Shown here: one piece after another, positions 26,800 through 39,044 of the stretch
Layout: every line of letters begins with the position of its first letter
How positions within the stretch are numbered: position 1 is the first letter of the stretch
Source of the DNA: Octopus sinensis
Lineage: Eukaryota
Direction: 5' to 3'
NCBI RefSeq assembly: GCF_006345805.1
Contig: NC_042997.1
Coordinates: 8,742,001-8,806,000 of the forward strand
Length of the DNA: 64,000 nucleotides
Notes under the pieces: model-generated
What the model was told of the DNA's origin: nothing
The model's database searches: none
What the model saw: the letters and a program-made list of their open reading frames with translations, nothing else
Position numbers and translations under genes: made by a program

Positions 26800-28078
26800 C
26801 AGGGTGGAGAAGCAAAATTTACAATATTTTGAGGCAGGGATTGAAAGACAGTGTATGACCAATTAGTTTATTGAAAGTTATGAGAATTTATTTGTCACCA
26901 GAAAATTTACATAATAGAAAATGTTTTTTTCTATGTGTCCCCCTTCTTTCTCAATAACTGCCTTCACATGCTTCCTGAAACTTGCATGAGTGTTCCTCAA
27001 ATATTCGGGATACAACTTCTCCCATTCTTTTTTAATAGTATCTTTAAGAGAGTCGACATTGCTGTGTGATGTTCTATCAGTAGCATGGTCTTAAACGCCA
27101 ACAAATAGCATAATCCAGAGGGTTTATATCTGGGCTGGAAGGCGGCCATAAACATGATTTTAAAAAACTGCTAAAGTTGGATTTGCAAAAATCTTGTATT
27201 TTTCTAGCCATGTGGGCTGGAGCACCATCCTGTGTCCATACATAATTACCAGCAGGGTAGTTTACTTTAAGCCATGGCAATACCTGGTATCTCAGAGTCT
27301 TGTAGTAAGTATTAACATTGATCTTTTCGTCAGCTTTGTAGAATTTTATAGGCATTTTCTTTCCATTGGAAGCCACAACACCAAAAGCCATAACTTGAGC
27401 AGGATGTTTTGTTTTGAATGTCCCCTTAACCTCAGCTGTCGATTTTGTGATAAACCTGTCTTTTCTGCGGTTCAGAACAGCATCGACAGTGAAGATCTTT
27501 TCATTGTTACAATGGAGGACTTTTTCTTGAACCATGTAATAATTTTCTTGCACCTTTCCAATCTCTTTTCCTTCATAGCTGTTGTCAACAAGTGTTTTGG
27601 TGTTCTTGTGTAAGATTTTAACCTCAAATCATATTTTACTGCATTTCTAATGGTCTTGTTGACTACCTCAAGTTCAATTGCCATTTTACTCATGGATTGA
27701 GTTGGATCCTTTAGGATTTTGGATTTGAGAGCTTTAATAAAAGCTTTGGTACGTTTTTTGTTGATTCCTCCACTTCTAGACTTCCTCGTAATAGTTTTGC
27801 TCGTAGTCCTTCTATTCTTTACATTATAAACAGTCTTTATGGACACTCCAACTATTCTTGAAATCTCCTTTGGTGTGACGAGTGCATTCAGCAAATCACA
27901 CACTCTTTGACTTTTGCTTTCCTGATTACTCATATAGGCAAAAGTTTCTGAAAAGGTAATGATGATAGTGTTAGGCATGATTATGACATCCATATATGCT
28001 AGGTTTCAAAACAATTGACTTAGTGCCTGGTGAGAAAAAAAACTTAACGTTCATTGTAAATTTTGCTTCCCCATCCTA
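26800..28078 (-). mobile_element. Full-length DD37D (maT) Tc1/mariner transposon, transposase frameshifted
   Basis: ~26-bp TIRs (ggagaagcaaaatttacaat), TA flanks; ORFs 27472-27993 (HTH) and 27077-27553 (WTQDGAPAH...WPPSSPDINPLDY, 37 residues between the Ds); lesion at the first catalytic D. Confidence 0.92.
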
Positions 28079-28167
28079 TATATATAAACTCTCTCTCTCT
28101 CCCTCTCTCTCTCTATATATATATATATATATGTTAATACTTACTACAACACCCCAACTACAATGAA

Positions 28168-30314
28168 ATGAAAGAAGACATCGCAGAATTCTGCAGAAAA
28201 TTAAGACTTACTGAGGAGCTATACGATAAATACAACGAGGACGAATCGTTAGCCAGAAATAGGAGTAACTACACCCCCTCGAAAGGTAAGAATAAAACAC
28301 TTGATGATTTCTGTGACCACATATCAAATTACCCATATCAACATATGCACAAACAAAAACACAAACCAAACTTCAGCAAAAAGAATGGGCTGAGTTGAAC
28401 AAATTAAAACTAGATAAAACAATAACAATCAAAGAGGCCGATAAAGGGAGTGCTGTTGTCTTAATGGATACGACATTTTACATAACTTTGGTACTTTCTA
28501 TGCTGGAAGACACAACATACTATGAAAAGGCACAAAACTACAGTCAACAAAAAATAATGAGGGAACTAAAATCCATATTAAACCCATACAAAGCAGGGCT
28601 AACCGACAAAGAATATGATTATATGACCAATTTCACAAGTAAAACTAGCCAATTCTACGGTATACCTAAGATCCACAAAAGTGAAAAAATAAGCAACGCA
28701 TGCAAGATAGCTACAGACAAAATAATTAAAGTCCCTAATCCTAATGACCTCAATTGATACCCATAATAGCAGGTCCCGCATGCGAAACCCACCGCCTCAG
28801 TAACTTTTTAGACACCCTGTTAAAACCACTCCTCAAACATGTCAAAAGCTATATAAGGGACGACTTAGATATGCTCAATCACCTACCGAATACTATAAAC
28901 AAAAACACCATACTGGTATCCTTCGATGTAGTCAACCTCTACTCCAATATCCCCCACAACCTAGGACTAGAGGCAATCCAATTCTGGCTAGAGAATCACG
29001 CCAACGAACTACCACACCGCATCAAAAAAGAATTTGTGATAGAAGGGGTTAAATTCATCCTGGAAAATAACTTCTTCGCCTTCAATGACAACTTCTACCG
29101 ACAAAAATCGGGGACTGCGATGGGTACACGAATGGCCCCCTCCTTTGCCAACCTAGTCATAGGATACCTAGAGATCAGTCTGTATCGTAAGGTTCTAGAA
29201 AGATATGGCAGCCCTTTCTCCATCTACATAGAAAACAACTGGAAGAGATATCTAGATGACTGTTTCATCCTTGGCATAAAAATATAGAAAAACTCATAGA
29301 ATTCCAGAAAATTTTAACGGACTGGACGTAAACATCCAATTCACGATGGAATATAGCCAACAACAACTCCCCTTCCTCGATATCCTCATTAAGAAGCTAA
29401 TAATATAATAGAAACAGACATATACTATAAGCCTACAGACTCTAAGCAATATCTTCCATTCAATTCATGCCACCCCAGACACACCAGGATGAATATCCCC
29501 TTCAATCTAGCAAAAAGGATATGCACTATAGTCTCTAACGCAAACACCAGAGACACACGACTACAAGAACTAAAAGATACCCTAATCACCAGGAACTATC
29601 CACCTTCACTTATTGACAAATGCATTCAACGTGCCCTTCAACTTAACATCAAGGAACTGAGACATCCCAAATCAAAGAAAAACTTACAACCAAAAGCCTT
29701 ACCATACATCTCCACACACAACCCTCTCAATAACGAAGCCTTCGACACCATCCTCCACAACATACCCCTCCTAAAAAAAGACCACAGAATGAACACAATC
29801 CTCCAAACACCACGATCATAAAAAGCAAAAGACAGCCTAGATCCATGAAAAGTCTCCTTACACAAGCCCGAATTCACTCTTCAACACAGAAGCCGACAGT
29901 AAAAAAATGTGGAAGACCCAATTGCGGGATATGCGACTATCTAATCGAGGGTTCTGAGTTCTCCTTCAAACAGGGACAACGTTTTACAGTGAAAAGCAAC
30001 TTCACATGTGCTTCGGAGAACCTAATATACTCACTAACCTGCTCCGGTGTCAAGAGCAGTACATAGGCCAAACAAAAAATGGTTTGCGTAAACGAATGGC
30101 CCTGCACAGATCCCAGATAAAAATTCCCCAAAACAGAAAAATAGCTTTTAGCCAACACATAGATACTTGCGCCAACAAAAAAACACCAAACTTCAGAATT
30201 TTCCCCCTCTACCAATTTAGGGACGATACAACCTCGAGACAACGAATAAGTAAAGAAAATCTCTTTATTACAAAATACAAGCCACTTCTTAACGGGTCTA
30301 CGACAAACAATTAA
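28168..30314 (+). pseudogene. Penelope RT/GIY-YIG ORF broken into at least 6 frames
   Basis: ORF track pieces 28168-28398, 28395-28757, 28754-29287, 29489-29821, 29845-30066, 30006-30314. Confidence 0.88.
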
Positions 30315-30441
30315 TATACCTCAACTTTAGAATAAAAGAAAAAAATATATATACACACACAAATACTACACTCAATAGAATCCATTACTAATCAGCCCCT
30401 TCATAGCTATATTTACATTCATATTCTCCCTTCTCTGTTTT

Positions 30442-30474
<33 letters not shown>

Positions 30475-31039
30475 ATCATCATCGTTATCATCATCATCGG
30501 CATCATCATCATCGCCACCATCATCACCACCATCTTCTCCTTCTCCTCCTTCTTCTTCTTCTTCTTCTTCATCATCATCGTTATCATCATCATCGTCGTC
30601 ATAATCATCACCACCATCACCATCATCGTCATCTTCTCCTTCTCCTTCTCCTTCTCCTTCTTCTTCTTCTTCTTCTTCTTCTTCTTCTTCTCCACCCCCT
30701 ACCCCTTAAGTTTGTCACTAATGTTTTTTAGTATAACACCTACGCTAATTCTATAAAGAAGCCTGTCAATATAAGTATTCTCCTGAATTGAACTGAGACT
30801 GCCAGCCGCCACTGACCATTCAAAATACGACCATCAGGGCACTCCCAGATTCTCCCACCCCCCTTTCCTCACCAGCCTTCTCTCTACTACCCTACCAAGA
30901 GCTCACAACTACCTCGAACACACAAGTGCAAACAAGGGAGTCAGAGAAAGGCAGAATGCCACTTAAATCTGAACACTACTATAGAAATATTCTTTTAAAA
31001 AACTTTTCTTCTAATTTTTCTAAATTTAATTATTTAATC

Positions 31040-31085
31040 GTTACAGTTGAAAAGGTCTCAAAATGACCGAAACCGGTACTGAAAT
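31040..31085 (+). ncRNA. Minimal type I hammerhead ribozyme, U3:A8 variant
   Basis: gttacag-TTGAAAA-ggtc/tcaaaat/gacc-GAAA-ccgg-TA^-ctgaaat; stem I cag/ctg; palindromic stem III ACCGGT. Confidence 0.75.
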
Positions 31086-31342
31086 GTTCACTATAAAATT
31101 ATTTTAGCATTTTCTATTTTTTACTTGTTTTTTCATATATATATATATATATATATAAGCTCTATGCCACAAAGAAACAGGACAGGTAAGGCTAGAAAAT
31201 ACTTGATCATAGGAAAGTCACTTATCTCAAAACAGTGTAAATAAGCAATAAACAAGCACTTTTTCCAGTGACTTTTCGTCACTGGAAAAAGGATATATGT
31301 GTTTGCATTGAGACCCCTTCGCATCAAAGACCAGTGATTGTT

Positions 31343-31385
31343 GTGCGCTGATGACGGGTAAATACCCAGAAACTCAGGTCCGTGC
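31343..31385 (+). ncRNA. Minimal type I hammerhead ribozyme (canonical core)
   Basis: gtgcg-CTGATGA-c-gggt/aaat/accc-a-GAAAC-tcag-GTC^-cgtgc; C:A mismatch at the base of stem II. Confidence 0.7.
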
Positions 31386-31690
31386 GTATAACGTCAAGTC
31401 AACGATGGGAAGGATGGCTTCCCTTTGCAAATACTGATAGAGCACAGAAAGTGTGTCAATAGCCAGCTGGAGAAGATGTTCTCCTGGGGCTACAAGTTAC
31501 GGTAGCATCCACTCTTAGTGGTTAGCCACATTTAAGAGGCACTGTCGTGCAGCTACTGTTTATACCTCGTTATATATATATATATATATATATATAATAA
31601 TAAATATTAGGGAATAAATCCAAATTTACAGGGAAAAAATCAGATTTAGGATTAAATCGATTCATAATTTGACACTGAATTATTGGAAGT

Positions 31691-31733
31691 CCACCTGAAG
31701 ATTGTCGATCAAGACAAGAAACGATTGTAGTGG
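31691..31733 (+). ncRNA. Minimal type I hammerhead ribozyme
   Basis: ccac-CTGAAGA-ttgtc/gatcaa/gacaa-GAAAC-gatt-GTA^-gtgg; perfect 4-bp stem I and 5-bp stem II. Confidence 0.8.
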
Positions 31734-31819
31734 CGGTTTTTTTGACTATTTATTAAAATTTATGTATTGATTAAGTCTTTCCTTGTTTGTTTTGCAAAAT
31801 AGTGGTTTTGTCTCGAATA

Positions 31820-31850
<31 letters not shown>

Positions 31851-32118
31851 TGTCATAGACAGTTCTGTTGCCAGATGACATATGAGAATTCTGCAATTTC
31901 TTGCTGAACAACCACACAGATGATTTATTTATAGTGATCAAATGTTTGTGTTCACATAAGCTCAATCCTTACATGAAATCGACATCACCTGTACAGGTGC
32001 ACGATATGCCACATGTCAGATGATGAAATGATTGCAGAGTAATGAGATTTGCTCAAGAACACAACATAATGCCTGATCAAGGAATTGAACCCATGGTCTC
32101 ACAATGCACCCTCATACA

Positions 32119-32152
<34 letters not shown>

Positions 32153-32519
32153 CACTCACGCACACACACACACACGTGCACACATACACACACATACATA
32201 GACGTGTGTGTGTGTGTGTGTGTACTGTTAATCTATTGTGTCCGTGGATAACTCGCAGCCTAAGGGACTTTCAGATATTTCATGTTTCATATAGTTTGCT
32301 CCTCAAAAAAGATTGCCTGTGTCTGATCTAATGATTCATTATTCAATGCATTTTCATCTTTTAAAATGCAGTAGAAGTTAATTTGAGAGAGATTTGGTGG
32401 TTAGTTCCTGCAGATGAATCAACCAAATAGAGCTTGTCTCACTGCATTGCTGTTGATACAGAATCATATTGAAACAGCTTTCATAAAACTCATCTCTAAA
32501 CATATTTGTCATCCAATAG

Positions 32520-32558
32520 TCCCAGTTGAGTGACAACTTCAAGGCAGCATTCCTTTAT
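32520..32558 (+). CDS. Candidate internal exon (SQLSDNFKAAFLY), phase 0-0
   Basis: atag acceptor after a pyrimidine-rich stretch, gtaagc donor, 39 nt open. Confidence 0.3.
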
Positions 32559-32869
32559 GTAAGCAGACAAACATGTCATCTAAATTATGGATGACAGTCA
32601 AGAAATAGATATTCACTTTCAGCAAAAACATAGAATTTCATTTATTGTTCTAGTATTGCTGCCTAATACTATTGAACCACAAGACTTTTGGCTGTGTATA
32701 AAGTAATATACCTTTCATTTTTGTCTTTTTTTATCAGAGTTCCCCATGTCTATGTTGGTAATAAGGAAATTATAATAAGGGTAATGACGATGATGATAAT
32801 GATGATGATGATGACATGGCAATGACGCTGATGATGACTCTTGCATTAAAATATTGATTTTTTCCCATT

Positions 32870-33290
32870 ATATATTTATATCTTTATCTTTATCTTTCTT
32901 TTCTTTTACTTTTTCTGTCATTTGACTGCAGCCATGCTGGAGCACCGCCTTTAGCCGAGCAAATCGACCCCGGGACTTATTCTTTGTAAGCCCAGTACTT
33001 ATTCTATCGGTCACTTTTGCCGAACCGCTAAGTGACGGGGACGTAAACACACCAGCAACGGTTGTCAAGCAATGCTAGGGGGACAAACACAAGCACACAA
33101 ACACACACACACACATATATATATACATATATACGACAGGCTTCTTTCAGTTTCCATCTACCAAATCCACTCACAAGGCATTGGTCGGCCCGGGGCTATA
33201 GCAGAAGACACTTGCCCAAGATGCCACGCAGTGGGACTGAACCCGGAACCATGTGGTTGGTTAGCAAGCTACTTACCACACAGCCACTTC
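32870..33290 (-). mobile_element. SINE family B
   Basis: Reverse complement of 57350-57765. Confidence 0.9.
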
Positions 33291-33807
33291 TGTGCCTATA
33301 TATATTCTTTTAATCTTTTAACCAGTTTTAGATATTGGACTCTAATCATAATGGGTTACTGAATGCAAGGACACAGTCATTTATATCAAACCCAAATATT
33401 TGACAATGGAAAACTATTTTATCCCCCACAGATGAATGGAATGTAGAGTTCACATGGGTATAATCTGAGTTCAAAAAGTAAACAAATACCACAAGGCACT
33501 TGCCCAAAACTATTTCGGTTATATTGATTCTATAATCCACCATCTATATGTATGGGCTTATTTTTGTTTTGGGGAAGTTTTTTATAACATATTCAGTTTA
33601 GCAGTGTTGTTGTTTGAGATGTGTGGAGTGAACAAACTGCACAGGGCTGTCACTTTTTAGACTTACGTTTGTAGTAGTTGAAGGTATGTTACATTTAAGG
33701 AAGGATGTTCCAATACATTACCAAATATGGTAGCCAAAACTCACACCATGCCACTGGAATTTGCCTCAATATATTCCTGACTTTTAAAGAATGAAAGATA
33801 AGGCTAG

Positions 33808-34194
33808 CTTATTTATTATATAAAATCCATTCTGTCTGTGTGTGTGTGTGTCTTCTAGGATCTCGGGCATCCTCCATCCGATTGTGCTCAAATTTGATAT
33901 GTAGGTACCGACGATATCAGGGCGTGTATAAGTCTTGAAAAAATTACAAAAATCGAATCCAGGTGAGAATGCGATCAATAAAGCTGTGGGAATGTGCATT
34001 TGTAAAATCGTTTTTCTTGGAATAGAAAAAAGTCTATCTTTATTTCTTCTTTTGCTGGTGTCTCAAATTTAGGTTAAATCAGTGTTTCTCAAAGGGAAGG
34101 CCTATGGGATGGTCGGACAAGTTGTTTTGAAAAAACCTGGTTTAAATGTTTGACAACTCAGCACCGTCCATCGGAAGTGGGGCGTTTTGCTCGT
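33808..34194 (+). mobile_element. Helitron-like non-autonomous element
   Basis: 5' tattatataaaa..ctgtctgtgtgtg start like 35976; 3' GC-rich segment ending gctcgt (cf. CTAG-T). Confidence 0.45.
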
Positions 34195-34830
34195 TTACAT
34201 ATATAAAAGGATATAAATGTCACATGACATAATACTAAGTGACAAGGTCAACTTAAGCAACAGTTAAATTATGAATTTAGTATGAAAAATTAATGAAGTA
34301 CAAGCAGTACCTATGGAAATGTTGTGGTACCATATAAGCCATAAGCATCTCACCATTACATAATAACATCCTATTATTGCCTTCATAATCCTTTGATTAC
34401 TTTAAAGGAAATCTTTTCTCTTCTCTTCGGTTATGTTTACTTTTCAAGACTGATTTCTCATTCTGACTTTTGCAAAATATTCTTGCCTATCTTCATTACT
34501 CATATTTTATCTTGTTTCTTAATCAACACTATTCATTTTGTTACCTATCAGCTTCAACTTTGTTGTTCATCACATGATACCTTCCACACTCACTCATACG
34601 AATACACAGCCCCCACTCTCTCTCTATTTCTCTTCCTCTCTCTCTCTCTCTCACACACACACATACAACTAATTGTCATCTGTGTGTGGGAGGGTATGTG
34701 TGCATGTGTATTCTCCGGTAGTGTTTATAAGTGTGAGTGTATATGTGTGCATATTCCAATAGTGTTTGTTTGAATCTCTCTCTCTCTTTCTCTCTCTATC
34801 TATCTACCTATCTTTTCCTCTTGCTCATAC

Positions 34831-34953
34831 TTTCATCATCTTTCCACCGTGTGACAGATTTTTTACACCACAGGAATTTTTCGTTAGCGATTGTATATAA
34901 TAGATTATCTGTTTAGTCAAACATGAGACATTCTCAGGCAATAGTACAGGTCT
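34831..34953 (-). CDS. Candidate internal exon (RPVLLPENVSCLTKQIIYYIQSLTKNSCGVKNLSHGGKMMK), phase 0-0
   Basis: Strong acceptor cccacttattttcctttctccag, donor gtatga, 123 nt, only one open frame. Confidence 0.35.
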
Positions 34954-35539
34954 CTGGAGAAAGGAAAATAAGTGGGAACAATGGCGATAACAGACAATGT
35001 GTGCTCTATAATATATCATTGCACTGATAAGAATTGAAAGGAAATGTAGGGAAAAATATAAAGAAAGAAGGTAAAATTTTACTGCTAATATATAAAAGTA
35101 AAAATCATAGATGCTTTACATCTATTTACCTATATGTTTGTATGAATGCATACATGTGCATTCCACACATCACATCATCTAACGTTGAGGAATTTTGTGC
35201 TCACAGAAAGCAAAATATGACCATTAGTTTTGGGATATGGTCTACAATTTTACCCTTATGATGAAAATAGATTTTAAAATTGAAAACTAGACTTTCTATA
35301 CAAGCAGGTAGTTATTTTCCCTTGTACTTATTCTTAGTGCAAGTTTTGAAGAGTACAGTTCGATTTTAGCAGTTATTTGCCTAAAGACTGCTTCACAACA
35401 TGTTATCTTAGATCAAAGAATAGTTAACAATTTGAAAATGATTATCATGAGATAATCATGATACATGTGTGTGTGTGTATGTGTCTGTCTGTCTGTCTTT
35501 CTGTGTGTCTGTGTCAGTGTGTGTGTTTGTGTGTGTGTA

Positions 35540-35580
<41 letters not shown>

Positions 35581-35704
35581 AAGTATGTATGCAAGTGTTG
35601 GTGTATATCTCACAATAAATACTTGCAGATGTTGTGTGGGAAAATTTTACATTGTGAATATGTGTTTGTATTTATTCACATAAATAAAAATAAATAAATG
35701 TGCC

Positions 35705-35947
35705 CTTTTTTCAAGCCTAGCCATGCTCATGGACCCAGTTTCCCAGTTTCTGTGGCATATATGTTCCCCAGCTGGACAGGATGCCAGTCCATCACAGCGT
35801 TACTCATTTTTGCCAGTTGAGTGGACTGGAGCAACGTGATATGAAGTGTTTTGCTCAAGAACACAACTCATTGCCCGGTCCAGGAATCAAAACCACAATC
35901 TTACGACCATGATGCTGACACCCTAACCACTAAGCCACGTGCCTCCA
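35705..35947 (-). mobile_element. SINE family A (tail type 2)
   Basis: Same tail as 4576-4880. Confidence 0.8.
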
Positions 35948-35975
35948 CATTTATTCACATAGGTCACAATAAGTA

Positions 35976-36361
35976 TCTCTCTCTATATAAACGGCAGTTT
36001 GTCTGTCTGCGTGTCTGTGTGTCTGTTAGGTTGTACCCTCACCCTGACCACGGCTTTCAACCAATTCTGATGAAACTTGACACACAGATAGCCCAATGTC
36101 ATAATTCAAAACTAACGCAGCGAAAATTTTGAAAAGTTCCCCCAGTTCTGAAAAAAATCGATAAATTCGACATGGGGTCGAGAATCAGAAACACAAACCA
36201 CAGACTGTCTAGGGGACGCAACTCGACCTTTTTAACTCTCAAAAAAAAAAATTACCATCATTTTTTTCCCATTTTTTTGCTATTTTTTGGCTATAACTCT
36301 CTAAAAATGCTTTATAGTTATTTCCCGAACAAACCCGAGCAACGCCGGGCGATACTGCTAG
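35976..36361 (+). mobile_element. Non-autonomous Helitron
   Basis: 5' TC after A, 3' hairpin cccgagcaacgccggg then CTAG followed by T. Confidence 0.85.
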
Positions 36362-36869
36362 TCTATCATATATTTCATATATGCAAATTTAAATCAAGTT
36401 TGGTCCCCAACAACACTACCATCAACACCCAAACTAATATATCAACCACCATCATCAGTCCACCAACTACTTAATGAACAGCAACGGCAACAGTAGTGTG
36501 AAGAAGATAAACAACTCCATCTAAATTAAAGACAATCACATTAAACGATTTCGTACTCTTGTGAATTTTAAAAGTTGAATGAAATGTCTTCAATCTTATG
36601 ATTAATTTGAGAATAAACAGAAACAGTACAATTAACAAGAACAATATGACCATCACCACTATCGCTAAAACTCTCAACAACAGAAAAACCAACATAACTA
36701 ATAACTTCACCACTACTACCCCGACAACTTTTGTATAACCAACTGTCAACAACAATAATGGTATCAATATTTTACTTATGTCTTTAGCTACATGTTTTGT
36801 ATGTCAATACAATGGAGTGTGTGTGTGTGTGTGAGATCTCTACCCAATCAGCTATATCTATGTTATCGG

Positions 36870-37330
36870 CTAATTGTTTGGCTTCACTGTTGTTGTATGT
36901 GTGTGGGAAAGCATGCTATAATTCTGTGTAATATTGTTTTCTAGCAGCCTATCGTAATTAGAGGTGTCTATCCTATATAGGTTTTTAGTCTTATCTGCAA
37001 AGGTTAGGAAGCTATCCAAGATTTTTAGTAATCTAATGTCAGCATGGAGCTTTTGTTGGAAGGATCGAGAGGACTTATGGAAGTTTAGCTTGGGAATGAT
37101 GCCCAGTAGGTCCACATCGAAGGGCTCAAGGTCCTTGATCTTGTGTGGGTATTTCCTAGATTTGATTCCATAGGTGTTGCTCTCTGAGGATGGCATGGCT
37201 AGGTCATGCTAGAAGGATTTCCATCTCAATTGTCTGATTACTTTCATCATCTTTTCTTGCAGCATTCGAGTGTACAGCCCATTAGATGGCATAGCAAAGG
37301 TCAAAATGTTCCATGGATTTATGCTTTACT
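36870..37330 (-). mobile_element. Penelope-like RT N-terminal relic (second family)
   Basis: YGIKSRKYPHKIKDLEPFDVDLL...FQQKLHADIR...FADKTKNLYRIDTSNYDRLLENNIT. Confidence 0.7.
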
Positions 37331-38577
37331 GATTATATATATATACACACACCAACATACACACATATAAATACATACAGACTCACAACACTCACACGCA
37401 CAAATATATATATATCATTCCATTCATTTTATATTCTCTTTCCATGGTGGCATGTGATGAATTGTTTGAGAGTATTTGTGAATTAATAGGACTATGTCGT
37501 GTCCCATTGTTTCTGATTTGGCATGTTATCTACATCTGAATGCTCTTCCTAATGCTATTTACTTTACAAAGCACTAATGGGTTTATCTAGTAACTTACAG
37601 GAGTAAAAATGTCTGACAACTGAATAAAGAAGAGAAGAGAAAGAAATTAACAAATAAAGAAATAAAAGTGTGTGTGTTTATGTGTGTGCACACGTGTGGG
37701 TACTGTGTGTTTGTATCTTTTCATTTTTATTTTAATATGGAAAAAGTTTTAATCGACAAAAAACGAATTTATTTTTTGAATTTTTTATATTGAAAAAGTT
37801 ATTGCAAATCAACTGGTTCACCATCTTCTGATATAGTTAAATGATCTCCAAGCATTTCTCTTAACAAGAAACCAATAAATCATTTCTTACTCTTTCTGAA
37901 AATAGGATGTGGCTTTCGATAGTTCAAGTACCCGTTTCCTGTACAAGCCTTAACAAGTGATAAACTTGTAGTTTGCATAACAATGACATTTTGAATTGCA
38001 CTGTTACCCAGTTGATAAATTCTGTGATCTTTGATTGTCTACAATTTTTGACAACTGCCAATTTCTATGATTCCATAATTGCATACAACCACCAAAATGT
38101 TCAGTTGATCTCTTCTAAGAATCATCTCATCATTGTAGCTTTCAGTCATGTGTCATCATTCAAGAACACTGTTTACTCATAAATTGGAATGTTGTATACA
38201 CTACAGATCATCAGCATGTGTTACATACTCTTCAAACTGTCCTGCTGTCATCATGTGAGTGGTGGTAGAGTACAACGCATCTACAGCCATAAAATCAACA
38301 ACAAATATAGTTGTTCTAAAGTTGCAAAATATTTGATGGTTGAAGTCATAAGCCTGTTAGACAACCTTATGATTAGATGAAAGCAACCACTCATATAAGA
38401 TAATGTTCTTCATTTTGATAATCTCTCAAGTACAAGAAAGATGATTCCACAATTTCTTACTAAACAACTTGCACAGATGATTTGTTTATAGTAATAAAAT
38501 ATTAGTACTGTAAATAACTTCACTCTTTCCATTAAATCAACATTGCCTATAATGGTGCCTGGAGGGCCATACATCAG

Positions 38578-38962
38578 ATAGTGGAGGCGCAATGGCCCAG
38601 TGGTTAGGGCAGCGGACTCGCGGTCGTAGGATCGCGGTTTCGATTCCCAGATCGGGCGTTGTGAGTGTTTATTGAGCGAAAACACCTAAAAGCTCCACTA
38701 GGCTCCGGCAGGGGATGGTGGTGATCCCTGCTGTACTCTTTCACCACAACTTTCTCTCACTCTTTCTTCCTGTTTCTGTTGTACCTGTATTTCAAAGGGC
38801 CGGCCTTGTCACTCTCTGTGTCATGCTGAATATATCCGAGAACTATGTTAAGGGTACACATGTCTGTGGAGTGCTCAGCCACTTACACGTTAATTTCACG
38901 AGCAGGCTGTTCTGTTGATTCGGATCAACTGTAACCCTCGTCGTCGGAACCGACAGAGTGCT
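38578..38962 (+). mobile_element. SINE family A, near full length
   Basis: tRNA head, body and tail gttgattcggatcaactgtaaccctcgtcgtc. Confidence 0.9.
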
Positions 38963-39044
38963 TCCATACATCAGATGTTGAAGTGCCTGCAAAGTAATAT
39001 ATATATGTGTGTGTGTGTGTGTGCATGTGTCTATCCCTAGTTTC

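Larger units (their letters stand above)
28140..31135 (+). mobile_element. Penelope-like element (RT + GIY-YIG endonuclease + 3' pseudo-LTR), 5'-truncated, frameshifted
   Basis: EADKGSAVVLMD, FYGIPKIHK, SFDVVNLYSNIP, GTAMGTRMAPSFANL, WKRYLDDCF; GIY-YIG NLIYSLTC..YIGQTKNGLRKRMALH; hammerhead in 3' region. Confidence 0.93.

Noticed and set aside
30372-30695. Poly-K/poly-M ORF
   Set aside because: Compound (CTT)n/(CAT)n microsatellite inside the Penelope 3' region
38585-38660. tRNA-like sequences (also 4585, 16560-16625, 50095-50160, 57355)
   Set aside because: SINE heads continuing into SINE bodies; no proper acceptor stem
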